This document shows, piece after piece, positions 14,801 to 29,800 of a stretch of 64,000 nt of DNA (position 1 is the first letter of the stretch; each line of letters opens with the position of its first letter). The translations under genes and the position numbers were made by a program. The notes below the pieces were generated by a model that did no database searches, had not been told where the DNA came from, and was given only the letters and a program-made list of their open reading frames with translations. This DNA comes from Antedon mediterranea (Eukaryota > Animalia > Echinodermata), in NCBI RefSeq assembly GCF_964355755.1, contig NC_092676.1:11695888-11759887 (forward strand), given 5' to 3'.

Positions 14801-17800
14801 GCCTTAGATACTATAACTGCTGCTTGCTTCTGAATGAGTAGTCCTCATAGGACGTAGCGGGCTAGAGAAGCAGCGTGAAAATTGAAGCAAAGTGATTATT
14901 GAAACTGTCAGCTATGACAGATGGAGCCAAAGTAGGAGATCCGTTGATATCAAATGTGGTTGGAGCCGGTGAACGCTTGCGTTCCCGAACAAAACGTCAA
15001 CATTCTTTCCGTGTCTTATCACTCGTGAACAAACGGTTCACATAATCAAAAATAAGATTTTTTGCACAACTGTTTGACATCATCGGACCACCCTGTACGC
15101 CTCCCATGTAATCGTGGTACCTCGGCTTTGGCCTTCTTAAATAATCTACGTTTCGTAGCTATCACTTTCATAATATCATCGTTAACACAGGGGTGACCTT
15201 TTCTCCTCTTCTTCTTCTCCTTTGCGACGAGGAACACAATCACGCACTAGAGCAAATATCAAGAAATCTTTCCCCTGCATCATCTACATTATTGTCAATG
15301 AATATTCCCCATGGAGCAAGAAGAAAAAACTGTAAGAGGTGATCAACGTCAGTTTTACGATAGGCTAGACAATATTAATCAAGTTTTTAGAATAAAATTT
15401 AGATTTCAAAATGTTAAAATAAATGGCATTATAGTCAATTTCAACAGGATTATCAATGATATTAGGTGATGATATTTGTTCAAGCCTATTAGTAAAAACC
15501 AGATCAATAATGATGCCAGTTTCATGGTTATTCAAACTAGGCCTAATAATACCATTTACTAGTGAATCCACTGCTTCATTAAAAGATGGAGGGATACAGT
15601 TAGGCTGATCCCAGTTTATGTTTAAATCACCAACAATAAATATGCTATCAAACATCGGTAATTCAGATAGAAGTGAGACAAGAAAATCATTGCTGAAGCT
15701 GTTCCAAAATGCAATAGGCATATGTGGAGGACAATAACAAGCAATGAATAACAATTTACATTTACGAACAGTAACAGAAACACAAATAACTTCATATGGA
15801 ATTGCAGAGTTATAATTCATATGAACAGGAACTAGTTCGTTCTTGACCGCAACTAGAACACTACCTCCTTTTTTATTTACTCTATCCTTTCGAAGTATCT
15901 GATACTGCGATAAAATGCCAAGCTTCGATGTAATGTCCCAAGAATGTCGACATCGTATATGGCAAGGTACGCTACCAGTTCGATTAATTTGTTGCGAATA
16001 CTCCTGGCCACTAGCACAGATACAAACATTGTTATCCAACACAATCGCATCTGCATTTTAAAAAAACTAGGCCGAAAGAAGTCGTACGCAAATCAAAAAG
16101 AATGACCAACAAAAATATATTCGTTGTACAGTGATTTATGAATTAAAATAAAAAGGGTTGACATTCCGCCAAAAGGCTTCGTTTCACAGCGTTTAAATGT
16201 AATTAAGAAGTGTTGACATTCCCCCAAAAGGCTTCGTTGTAAAAGGATTGATTTTCCACAAATGGCTTCGTTTGGCTTCGTTGTAATAAAGCATTAAAAT
16301 CGTTTAATTGGTACGTTAAAAACCATAAGCAAAACACAGAGTACCACTTAAAAACGTTAGCAATGTTATAAACCCACAAATGGTTCTGTTTTTATGAACA
16401 TTGCCAAATATGTGGTGGATTGAAGAGTCGTGCAGCTGTTAAATACGATTAAAAAATGCCACCAACTTACATTAAAATCTGTAAGTACTGTAAACACATT
16501 TATCTATAAAAAAAATAGTAAAAGTTACAGTAGAAATACATTGCACTTCATACATTTTCCTCTCTATTCACTTCACTAAAATTACGTAGTCCAATAGATT
16601 CTTCCTGCACTTTTCCTGAAAAGTTAATTGCTATACTTTTCATTTTTTCCTGCTAAGAAATTGGACATGAAGTAAAGTTATTGATCTTTGACCTAAAAAA
16701 CATTAACTTGATGTAAAAGCATTTATTTATTTGAACATGTATCGGCAGTTATTTTAGTAGGGATTAAAAAATGGGTTTTTACATATTATTATCACTTTAG
16801 TTTATTGAATATCGAATTATCTAATTCACATATTTTGTTTTTATATATTTTATAAATATTATATAATTTATAGTGTAAGTAAACACATTTATCTATAAAA
16901 TAGTAAAAGTTACAGTAGAAATTCTTTGCACTGCATTAATTTTCCTCCTATCCACGTCACTAACATTATATAGTCCAATATATTCTTCCTGCACTATTCT
17001 TGGAATGTTAATTGCTATACTTTTTACTTTTTCCTGATAAGAAACTGGAGGTCCAAAACTGGACTATAACATGTTTAATTACATCAATTTTAATATAGAT
17101 ATCAAGCAGCACATAATTAATGTGTCAGCATTCTCGTCGTCAATGACAGTCAAGGAGTGAGAGTGGTTGATACCTTAAACTTTTTTACCTTTTATATTTG
17201 TTTTGCTTTGCTATAAATTCATCATGAATGGAATATTCCGTTTTATTTCCTAATGCTTGTTCTTCTTGAAACATTTTCATAGAGGTTTCTCATACATTGA
17301 ACTACTGCCGGCTATACATGAGTACGTGGTCATAGATGGAAATTTGTTTGCTTGGTTCCTTGGTTTTGCTTCTTCAACATGGATGTTTCGGGATATGAGA
17401 AGCAATCTTCCAATTCTAACATTGACTGCCATCTTGTAGTCATCGACAAGCCAGGGAGTGAGATTGTTAGAAGTGACCAAGAGGTTTTTAATGTTTACAG
17501 CATTTTATGATTTTTTTTCCTTCTAGACGTACATACCTCTTGACTGTCAAACTACTAAATGTTTTTAGTTTCATTTTCTTTTTAGGGTCGAGTACGAAAA
17601 CAGACTTTGCTCACAAACTTCAAAAAGCTTCAGCTCTTTGTTATCATCTCTGTTTAAGATATAATTATTGACTTCTTTTGAGATTATTACCGAGGCAATG
17701 TTTAAAAAAAAATGATTTGTTATGAAAGTTTTTTGATGAAGGATTTGCGCTCAATTCCCCTGAAAAACGAGGAAATACATCTAGTCAGTCGTTATATGTT

Positions 17801-20800
17801 GTGCGGCAGGGTAGTAATCATTTTTTTCAAGGGAAACCTAATCTTAAGTAATAATGCCAACAGGACCACCTACTAATTTTAACTGTTTTTGAGCCTGATT
17901 TTTTCTTAACATTCAGATTACATTCTTTTATTCTCTGTATCTGGTTCATCTACATTGTGCTCGATGGCAATGTATCAGACAACTGAATGCATAACATAAT
18001 TATCCTAGTGAGGCTAATGATTTGGAGGTCGTTCGAGTCCCACCCGAGAATTGCTTGCCATTTTTCGCATGTATTCCTAATGTACTCAGTATAAGTACAA
18101 ATTACGTAAGGGCAGGGAAAAAACATCTGACCAGTATTTATCCTTGTAATGTAAATAGCTATTCTTTATGAAATACTTCCAGTCATTTTAAACAAAATAT
18201 TGCATTGCAATAAATATAAATATGCAAGGTCTTTGCAATGTGAGACCATTTTTACATTTCTATGACGACCAGCCGTTTTTAAGATACAGTACGAGTCAAG
18301 GTCAAGGGCCAATAGTACAAAAAAAAATAGCATTCCGGTTGCATTTTGTAAAAATGTTCTATTACAGAGCATATAAATAATATATATTCCGAGTATTTTG
18401 ATATCAACATCTAGACCAAAGGGTTATGAAGATATGACCATTTGGGCGTCATTTTGAAATGGGGCTGTTACCATGATTACGGGGATCGTAAATATTTGTT
18501 ACCTAGCATTTTTTACCATAATAAAGTGAAATAAAGTGAAATCTCACTTCTTCACATTAAAATCTTACGGAATCGCTTTCTTCATATACGAGGAACCTGA
18601 ATACCGGAACTATTGTAAATCATAAACCTATTAGAGCATTTTGCATACAGTATTTACTTTAACACTTTGACTGCCAGAGGTTTTTCCAGTTAGAAACTGC
18701 CACCGCCAGCGTTTATAGCCCAATTCGATGTTTTTATTAAAGCTGATTGAAACTATGTATGTGATCTGATTTACATGTAATTTAGACTAAAATAATCATA
18801 AAGATTTTAGCTTTACAATGGTACCAAGAACGATTTTCAAATCTCAATATGTAAATCGTAATAGTAAAATGAAAGTAACCCACTTTTTGAGTTTTTCGTA
18901 GTTTCGCGCAAGAAAGTCGAGATATTTGCGATTTTGTGCAAGACATCACAATATGAAAATATCGCCCGGTGAGATCAACAAACAACGAAAAAGTTACTTT
19001 CACGGCACCGGTAGGCCTATAAAAACAAGTTATCACTATCGAAAAATGTATTACATTTTATAAATCATAAATCTTACATCAATGTTTCGCCAAAATCCAC
19101 ATAGTAAAGACACCAGGCCTAGTTAACTAGGCCTAAAGTTGGTCCGGAACCGTTTTACGACTAGGCCTAGGCTATAGCCTAGTACTACTAGCCTAGCTAG
19201 TAAACTGATGATAATATTCATACCATTTCTAAACAAGTTTGTTGCGTGAAACTCGGCCACTTACAGTGAAACACCAAAACAATTAGGGTATACATACAAT
19301 AATAAATTAAAGACTTCATATTGAAAATTCATCCATTATTTTTTATTCAGAACATGCCAATCCACATAAACCTTTGCAATGCTTCGGCGGCATAGCTAGC
19401 GCGCGACCGATACACAATGCGCCAAACCATCGCTGTACGCGCTACTGTGATGCGCAGTGTATGTTATTTCGACAGGTACCATTTTGACAATCGTTCGTAA
19501 CCAGATTAGTTACTTTCAAAAAGTAAAATATTCACAGTCCAGACCGAATATAGTGTCCCTATTTATAGTATATACCAATAATTAACCTATCTACCGGATT
19601 TCGTAAAAAAACGCGAAAAACGAAGATCTTCGTGTTTGGCAGTCAAGCGTTGTGTTTCCAAAAACGAAGATCTTCGTGTTTGGCAGTCAAAGTGTTAATT
19701 AGTAACATGTAATTAAACCAATAGAAATTACGGTAAAAAAATAGAATACTAAATGATGAAGAAATTCAGTCACAGAATCAAGAAAACATCAAGCCTACTT
19801 GTTTTTCAGAAAGCAATACAAATACATTTCCATATTCAAACGAGCAGCGGACGCCGTCTGTTGTATAGTTACTGTTGTTTGTTTCACAGCCTTTGGTCGA
19901 AAAGTCACTGCAAGACCAAAATACACATACAGTACAGTACTTATGACAAGATTGAAGGTGAAATTGTTATTATTTTGTTGTGGTCACTTACTATTTCGAT
20001 TGATCCACGTAAGCACATACAGGATCACCCATTACATATTCTAGTTTCATCTTAGAAAAAAAAAATTCAAATAAGATTGATATCAGTCAATGCATTTACA
20101 ATCTTAGAAATAGACTGACGCTTTGATATTACCTATATGGCGAAACGAATTTTAGTAAAGTAAGAACACGTACTGTATGTATGTATTGTGTCGCCTATGG
20201 AAAACGTGGTAAGCATTTTTAAAACATGACTCACTGATTCTGGCGGAAATTGCAACATAACTTTATCATTTTGTAAAACAAAATTGTTTCGTCCATAACT
20301 TGTGACAGTAATAAAGTCACTGACAACCTTATATTCTGCTAATACAGTGCCGTTGTCACTGAAAATAACAATAAAGTAAGTCGAAACAGGAGAAAAGTTT
20401 GAATATTTTTATACACCTACTTAACAAAACCGATTGAAAACTTGTCTCCAAACCTCTCCCATGTATTTTTGGTGGATGAAGCCCCATGATAGCAAAACAT
20501 TTTTATTGGGATAGTATTAATTTGTTTTATAGGAAGTAGGATGGATGACTAATAGTAGAGAAAGTAATTAATAGAGTAGTCGGTTGGTATTAGAAGATAC
20601 GCCAGACTTAAAATGAGAATATTATAGCGAAAACAATGTTATTTTGACTTACGTTGTAAGTTCTTTAATTGGTTCGCTGTAATCAAAATTCCAAACCATT
20701 GCAGTACTGCATACATCTTTACTATCTGCAACAGTAATATCAATTATTATTGTTATTATTATTGTTGTTGTTATTGTTATTATTATTATTACTATCATCA

Positions 20801-23800
20801 TCATTACTCCTGTTACATTATAGTCAGTAATGAATTGTCCGTAAATAGACAGAATAGACAGACAACATATCACAAAGGTAACTGAATTCAAGAAGTTAAT
20901 GTATCCACAAAAAAGGAATACAAATACTTTTTTTTTAAATGGTACACGAGAATAATCTGTCATACTTGAGACTTTTAGAAAGCAAGTCCTTACCTCTACC
21001 AAACGGAGCGTTAACATTAAAACGAATTAAAGAGTCCCCATGAATTTGTGTTTCTGTCATTGGCATACTTGGCTTCATAACCGTACCAACTACAAATAAA
21101 ACACAGAAAAAATGCAAATTGTATATCATTATTTGAACTTTTCATTAACTGTTACAACATCAATATCTTTTGTAATTAAATGTCTCTATAATTAAACAAA
21201 ATAGATTTACTTGAATCGTTTGAATGTTTAACATGATTAATCTGGCCGGTGTTAAGTGTAAGACATTGAGGTTGGTACTCGTCTTCTGTTATATGTGCGT
21301 GTTGCATAAATTCTTGCAATGTTCTGATTTCAACTCCAGCTAGACAAAAATAATATACCACAAACTAAGTTGTATAATGTTAAACCCCCAAAAATAACAA
21401 AAACAAAAATAAGGAATTGTATACTTTTGATCAACGATAGCAATATCGTCAACTATAGCTATGGTTTTTTAATGTGGTATTTGGCAGATGGTCTCTTTTA
21501 TTAGTACTTCTTCACAACGTCATATATGGCTTGCGTAAAACAAAAAAAAAAAAAAACTCTGTAAAGTGCGCAAATGGAAAATTACCTGGGTAAGATTCGA
21601 TGCTCTCAAAACTCCTACACTGTTTTTCTTCGATTGCATATTTGGCTGTAACAAATATATACATCTTAAATATGATTCAAACGTTTAAATGTGGTATTAA
21701 ATAAGTGTATTAATTTTGTTAATATTAATGTTATTTAAACCACACAGAATATACCTGATATGTTTTTATCCGGTATAAATATGTTTTAAATAACTAAATG
21801 AAGGTTTACCTTTCCACAAAGATAGCATGTTTTGCCTTTCGCTGGGCATTTAGCTTCATGTGGATATAGCAATCCTAAAATCGATGATTTCTTAGACTTT
21901 TCACCACGATACGTTTTGTTCTGTTTGTAAATCGAATTATACTGTATGGGTTTTACTTTGACTGATTCTGAGCATTAAATGATTCTGATTTAATACAGTA
22001 TCATGTTTATGGGTTGAATGAAGCAAGCAATTTTGTAAAAACGTTTAATAAAGGAAGTAAGAAGGATTGCAAAGTCATAAAAACAAACATTTGAGACAAA
22101 ATATATTCTTATTAACGATAATCAACACAGATTTCGTTGAACAGGTTTCTGTTCAACTCAAATTTAAGTATTAATCATGGTTACTTTCTTTGGACGAAAG
22201 CCACAGTATCGATTATGTTTGTCTTCTAAACCAGTTACCAATATCTTAGGTTCGATATTATTTGTTATTTATATCTGCCAGAATAACTAAACTTTGATAC
22301 AAAGTTATTATATGCATTTGACACGAACAAGTATACCGTCGGTAATGAACATAGATTCTACATGATAATTAAGATAGTGCTTGGAGGTGGGCAACTTTAC
22401 TTTAATAAAAAATAAATGCAATATTATGCATTGTGGTCGCAGAGATCTAAGTACAACATAAGGAAGTATACGAACAAAACAGATATCAGTTCTTACGAGA
22501 AAAAGAATCTATGTGCTTTAAGATGCCTCACAATCGTTTACAAAACACATACATTTTTAAAAAGCTAATTTAAAATTGGAAATATATAAGCGGTCATTTA
22601 CCATCGGTACTTTGTTTTCTTTTAATAATCGTATCTTAATGAATTTCCTTTTTACATCTTTAAGTGGGATTGTTTTCGAGTAATTTGTAAGCTTTTTCGT
22701 CGACCAGAATATAATTTACTTTAGAAGTGTAGTATTTCCTTTGGGACAAGTAAAATCATCATATTATGATCCTTCTTCAGCTAGATAGCTAACTTTAATT
22801 GGGGTAACTTCGCTTTACTGATTATCGAAATCATCTTATTCTAAGGGTCATATAGGCTGATATAAGCTGAGGGTAACGGCATCTTTTTAAACTGTTTATA
22901 ATATTTTTCTTGAAAATATACAGTGACTGTTTTGTACTGAGATTAATTATCCACCTCGTTTAAGTTTAAACTCCCTTCAAATCCAAGTTTTGCGTCTGGT
23001 TTTCTTGTAATTTTTGTGGTTTTCTTACTATCCAGTTCTCTGGTTTTGATGTCTGTTTTACTCATGTGTATTACTTTTCTTTTGCTTACATGGTTTGGAT
23101 ATTGTTATGCGCCCTACTGCTGTTCACCATCTAATGTCCAACCATCTTCTTTTCTTTTAAACTGTGTTGAAAGGTGTGTTGACATTTTTTTCATTAAATA
23201 GTTGTATTTCAGCGTTCACTGTGATTTTTTCTCTGTTGTTGATATTAGGGACTCTGACTTTTAAGTTAGGAGGGGCGATGTTAACAGTCGATTGACAGCG
23301 CTTTAACAACAAAGTTTCGGGGATAACCACCATTGCGTTATGTCAAAACTCGTGCATGACTAAGCTGCTTTGCTAATCAGCGAAGGATCGAAAGAGTTAA
23401 TTGTAATGTAAGTTTAACTACGGTATATTCTCAATTTAGTTCATCCAAAAAATTATTTTAAAAAAATCATTCGAGATCTACATTCATTTTCTACGAATAT
23501 CTATAACTTACATATGCCAAATGTGCAGTGTTATTTGGTAATCATCTCTTAAGTTTCTTCTCTACTAATTAAAATGCATTCTGCAAACCAGATTCTATAA
23601 ATTACCAATTGAAATCAAAATTATACAATTTTAAAGAATCCAATATACCTCTTTGCATAGTAAGCTTTCCAGGTTCTCTAAACACAGATTTTCCTACAAG
23701 TTCAATTTGCTTGTCATCTATTGAATATCTGATCAGTTTGTTTTGACTTTGCGATATAAGGAACAAATGATCGTCTGCTGATACAATATCAGTTGGCGCC

Positions 23801-26800
23801 CTGATTCTTGAAAGTTCGGTAATCGTCTTTTTATTAATTCCAGAGAGACTACTAGAAAATACTTGATCATCTATTTCATTAGTCCAAAGCAGCCTACATC
23901 CTAAATAGATGATGACACAGTTAATAACATGAATATGAACTTATCAGAATCGTAGCGAAAATCTATACGTGTAAGCTACGCTATTATTAATTACAATGGC
24001 GATTGTCAGTAAATGCAGATGTTCACTGCGCCCGAAAGAAAGAGCATAAGAATAGTTTTATTGCATCGCCATAGTGATGTCATGTTAAATTGATTGATTT
24101 ACTAACAGTCACGTCAGGAAGTATTAAACATTCCAGTTGTGGCGCCAGTGTATTCCCGACGGGGGGGCTAAAGTCCCCGACAGGAGGCTATGTGAGCATC
24201 ACTTGGCTGGGGCCAGGGAGCGTCAAGGCCACGGAAGCAACGCTTATTCCAAGCGTAATTTGAGGCCGTTTTAATCGACGCTGGGCCAATTTTTTTTATA
24301 GAGTTCCTGTATAAATGTTTCATACAAAAGGACACCAACAGACAAATGCGTCCAAGTAACTTGATTCACATTTTGGTCCATGTAACTTTGATACAGCCCA
24401 GATACCGACGCATGAACCGAAATGAAAATGAATTAGACGTTTTACTATAATAGTGAAAACATTTTCTTCTGGCTTTTAGTATATTGATATGAAGGTTCAT
24501 TGAGTGTAAACGAGTAAACTTTTATTTTACCTTACGTTTCAAGACAGTCTCGTTTAGCTGTCATCTTGACTTCAACATTTACTAGAAATTAGCTGGGATG
24601 TGGGGCGTAATAAATCCATAGGGAACGATCTTATTTTAGTATCCTAGTGTAATATATTTTTCTTTATTACTTGAAGACAAAATGGCATTTAAATCATGTA
24701 CGAAAACCGACTATCAGGGCGAATTACATGTTCTAAAAAAATCGGAAAACACCCACTTGATGTTTTCAAAACACATTGCACGTCGTCGTGGTCAGATGGT
24801 ATGCGTGACTGACGGAACAATGCAACAAAAATCAAGTGTAGACTGACCAATTTGCATTGGGAACATCCGTTTATTACCTCCCAGGTCTTTGTTTACGAAC
24901 ATTTTTCGGGACTACGACAAGAAGTTCATGACATACAGGATATTGAAAATGTAATAACGTAGCAATAATAAGATGTTGGCCTAACGAAAATTAAATGTTT
25001 TTTGTTTAATAATGTAGTCGTCCAATACACCTCTCTGGTACCACCACTGAACGTGCATGACTATTCACAGCAAGCCTACCTGTTTCATCGATGGCGATTC
25101 CATTCACATTTTGCCCGAATATTACTGTTTTTCTTCCTTCACCGTTTCCTTTACGAAATCTCTCAATACGCTTTAGGCCATTGTCAGAAAAGTACACGTA
25201 CCTACAAGAAAGTAAAATTAAAATTTGTAAAGCAGCTTCAAATTGTGATGGTATTTTATCCTTTGAACAAAATTCTTATTATATAATTTTATTAGTATTA
25301 ACATTATATTATTTCTATGCCTCTAAACAACATTGAATTTCAAGTTACCCATTGGCATTGGCCAAAGACATATCTTGGGGATCCTTTAAGCCTCCGACTA
25401 ATCGTTTTCTATTACTTCCACTCAGATCACTAACACTTATTGAATTGTCGACAGATGACATAAAATATACTTTTCTGTCCTGACTATCAATGACAAGAGC
25501 ATTAATTCCTGAAAAAAATATTGATAAATGAAATTTTTGATCCAGTGATAAATTCAGTCCAAATTTGCAATCAAAGTTAAGGCAAAATGTAAAAGAAAAA
25601 CACAGAAATACAATAAAATACAAAGTCCAAATGGCGTAGTCCGAAGAAGTTCAACTAGTATACATTTATATACCCTATACCAATAATTCGTCATTCTATT
25701 TCAGGATAACTCTGGAAAAACATTTCAATTGAATAAATATATATCTTTGGTAGAGGAATTTAAATTTTATTAGTAGCTTACCTTGAGATTGTAGAACAAT
25801 TTTGATGTCAGTACCGTCAATATTGGCACTATTTATTTGCGTGGTATTTGCCCAGTATACCTTCTGTTCTTTAGAATCATACGCTACAGCATTAATCCTA
25901 CCTAAAACCTTAATATTGAATGGTTTTAACACAATATTGTCCTCGTCACCATGTTTCAAGTTTGCATAATAAATTATATTGTGAATTTCATCGGTCGCCA
26001 AAATAATGTAACCTACAAAATAAGTATGTTTAATTAGCATTGTTTACGTTCCAAACAAAATAATCAACTCTACATAACCCTAACCCTAACATAATTCAAT
26101 TTAAAAATCAAAATATCTAAAAGTCTAAATTGTGCAATCAAAACACGTGTTGATAGTGTTTGTAAACATTAAATCACCTCCTTGTTCTCTTTCTGGTATA
26201 CCAAACTTTTGTCCTCCTAGTCTAAATCCAGGTCTTCCACCTCCTTGACCTTCAGGTCTACCACCTGCTTGTCCACCGGGCCTACCACCTCCTTGTGCTC
26301 CGGGCCGATAACCTCCTTGACCTCCAGGTCTACCACCTCCTTGACCTTCAGGTTTACCACCTCCTGGGCCTCCAGGTCTACTACCTCCTTGACCTCCAGG
26401 CCTTCCACCTCCTTGACTCCCAGGTCTTCCACCTACTTCTCCTCCTGGTTTACCACCTCCTTGACCCCCAGGTCTTCTACCTCCTTGACCTCCAGGTCTT
26501 CCACCTCCAGGCTTATCACCTCCTTGAACTCCAGGTTTTTCACCTCCTTGACCCCCAGGTCTTCCACCTCCTTGACCACCAGGTCTTCCACTTCCTTGAC
26601 CTCCAGGTCTTCCACCTCCTTGACCTTCAGGTTTACCACCTCCTGGGTCTCCAGGTCTACTACCTCTTTGACCTCCAGGCCTTCCACCTCCTTGACTCCC
26701 AGGTCTTCCACCTACTTGTCCTCCTGGTTTACCACCTCCTTGACCCCCAGGTCTTCTACCTCCTTGACCTCCAGGTTTACCACCTTCTGGGCCTCCAGGT

Positions 26801-29800
26801 CTACTACCACCTTGACCTCCGGGTTTTCCACCTCCTTGACCTCCAGGTCTTCCACCTGCTTGACCTCCAGGTCTTCCACCTCCTTGACCTCCAGGTTTTC
26901 CATCTCCTTGACCTCCAGGTCTTCCACCTCCTTGACCTCCAGGTCTTCTACCTCCTTGACCTCCAGGTCTACCACCTGCTTGTCCACCGGGCCTAACACC
27001 TCCTTGTGCTCCGGGCCGACCACCTCCTTGACCTTCAGGTCTACCACCTGCTTGACCTTCAGGTCTACCACCTTCTTGACCCCCAGGTCTTCCACCTCCT
27101 TGACCTCCGGGCCTACCACCTCCTTGACTTCCAGGTCTTCCACCTTCTTGACCCCCAGGTCTTCCACTTCCTTGACCTCCAGGTCTTTCACCTCCTTGAC
27201 CTCCAGGCCTTCCACCTCCTTGACCTCCAGGCCTTCCACCTCCTTGACCTCCAGGTCTTCCCTCTACTTGACCTCCAGGTCTTCCACCTCCTTGACCTCC
27301 AGGTCTTTCACCTCCTTGACCTCCAGGTCTTTCACCTCCTTGACCTCCAGGTATACCACCTGCTTGTCCACCGGGCCTAACACCTCCTTGTGCTCCAGGC
27401 CGACCACCTCCTTGACCTCCTGGTCTACCACCTGCTTGACCTCCAGGTTTACTACCTTCTGGGCCTCCAGGTCTACTACCTCCTTGACCTCCGGGCCTAC
27501 CACCTCCTTGAACTCCAGGTCTTCCACCTCCTTGACCTCCAGGTCTTCCACCTCCTTGACCTCCAGGTCTTCCACCTTCTTGTCCACTGGGCCTACCACC
27601 TTCTTGTGCCCCGGGCCGACCACTTCCTTGACCTCCAGGTCTTCCTACTCCTTGACCTCCAGGTCTTCCACTTCCACCTCCTTGACCTCCAGGTCTTCCA
27701 CTTCCTTGTACACTGGGCCTACCACCTCCTTGTCCTCCGGGCTGACTAAGTCCTTGACCTTCAGGTCTACCACCTGCTTGACCTTCAGGTCTACCACCTC
27801 CTTGAACCCCAGGTCTTCCACCTCCTTGACCTCCAGGTCTTCCACCTCCAGGCCTACCACCTCCTTGACCTCCGGGCTTACCACCTCCTTGACTTCCAGG
27901 TCTTCCACCTTCTTGACCTTCAGGTCTTCCACTTCCTTGACCTCCAGGTCTTTCACCTCCCTGACCTCCAGGCCTTCCACCTCCTTGACCTCCAGGCCTT
28001 CCACTTCCTTGACCTCCAGGTCTTCCACCTACTTGACCTCCAGGTCTTCCACCTCCTTGACCTCCAGGTCTTTCACCTCCTTGACCGCCAGGTCTTCCAC
28101 CTCCTTGACCTCCAGGTCCACCACCTGCTTGTCCACCGGGCCTAACACCTCCTTGTGCTCCGGGCCGACCACTTCCTTGACCTCCAGGTCTTCCAACTCC
28201 TTGACCTCCAGGTCTTCCACTTCCACCTCCTTGACCTCCAGGTCTTCCACTTCCTTGTACACTGGGCCTACCACCTCCTTGTCCTCCGGGCTGACTAAGT
28301 CCTTGACCTTCAGGTCTACCACCTGCTTGACCTTCAGGTCTACCACCTCCTTGAACCCCAGGTCTTCCACCTCCTTGACCTCCAGGTCTTCCACCTCCAG
28401 GCCTACCACCTCCTTGACCTCCGGGCCTACCACCTCCTTGACTTCCAGGTCTTCCACCTTCTTGACCTTCAGGTCTTCCACTTCCTTGACCTCCAGGTCT
28501 TTCACCTCCCTGACCTCCAGGCCTTCCACCTCCTTGACCTCCAGGCCTTCCACTTCCTTGACCTCCAGGTCTTCCACCTACTTGACCTCCAGGTCTTCCA
28601 CCTCCTTGACCTCCAGGTCTTTCACCTCCTTGACCGCCAGGTCTTCCACCTCCTTGACCTCCAGGTCTACCACCTGCTTGTCCACCGGGCCTAACACCTC
28701 TTTGTGCTCCGGGCCGACCACCTCCTTGACCGCCAGGTCTTCCACCTCCTTGACCTCCAGGTCTACTACCTTCTGGGCCTCCAGGTCTACTACCTCCTTG
28801 ACCTCCGGGCCTACCACCTCCTTGTGCTCCGGGCCGACCACCTCCTTGACCTCCTGGTTCACCACCTGCTTGACCTCCAGGTCTACTACCTTCTGGGCCT
28901 CCAGGTCTACTACCTCCTTGACCTCCGGGCCTACCACCTCCTTGAACTCCAGGTCTTCCACCTCCTTGACCTCCAGGTCTTCCACCTCCTTGACCTCCAG
29001 GTCTTCCACCTTCTTTTCCACTGGGCCTACCATCTCCTTGTGCCCCGGGCCGACCACTTCCTTGACCTCCAGGTCTTCCAACTCCTCGACCTCCAGGTCT
29101 TCCACTTCCACCTCCTTGACCTCCAGGTCTTCCACTTCCTTGTACACTGGGCCTACCACCTCCTTGTCCTCCGGGCTGACTAAGTCCTTGACCTTCAGGT
29201 CTACCACCTACTTGACCTTCAGGTCTACCACCTGCTTGACCTCCGGGCCTACCACCTCCTTGACTTCCAGGTCTTCCACCTCCTTGACCTTCAGGTCTTC
29301 CACTTCCTTGACCTCCAGGTCTTTCACCTCCTTGACCTCCAGGCCTTCCACCTCCTTGACCTCCAGGCCTTCCACCTCCTTGACCTCCGGGCCTTCCACC
29401 TCCTTGACCTCCAGGTCTACCACCTGCTTGTCCACCGGGCCTAACACCTCCTTGTGCTCCGGGCCGACCACCTCCTTGACCTCCTGGTCTACCACCTGCT
29501 TGACCTTCAGTTTTACCACCTTCTGGGCCTCCAGGTCTACTACCTCCTTGACCTCCAGGCCTTCCACCTCCTTGACCCCCAGGTTTTCCACCTACTTGTC
29601 CTCCGGGTCTACCACCTCCCTGACCTCCAGGTCTTCCACCTCCAGGCCTCCCACCTCCTTGTCCTCCGGGCCTAACACCTCCTTGAACTCCAGGTCTTCC
29701 AACTCCTTGAACTCCAGGTCTTCCACCTCCTTGACCTCCAGGTCTTCCACCTCCTTGACCTCCAGGTCTTCCACCTCCTTGACCTCCAGGTCTTTCACCT

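Noticed and set aside
20649-21017. Hydrophobic ORF with poly-Ile/Thr, and ORF 10099..10308 (LSVG repeats)
   Set aside because: These are translations of intronic microsatellites; only 20725-20653 of the first ORF is exonic in that frame.
21810-21874. Apparent AG/GT-bounded exon GLLYPHEAKCPAKGKTCYLCGK
   Set aside because: It is phase 1-0 and would frameshift the gene; it resembles a gypsy gag knuckle.
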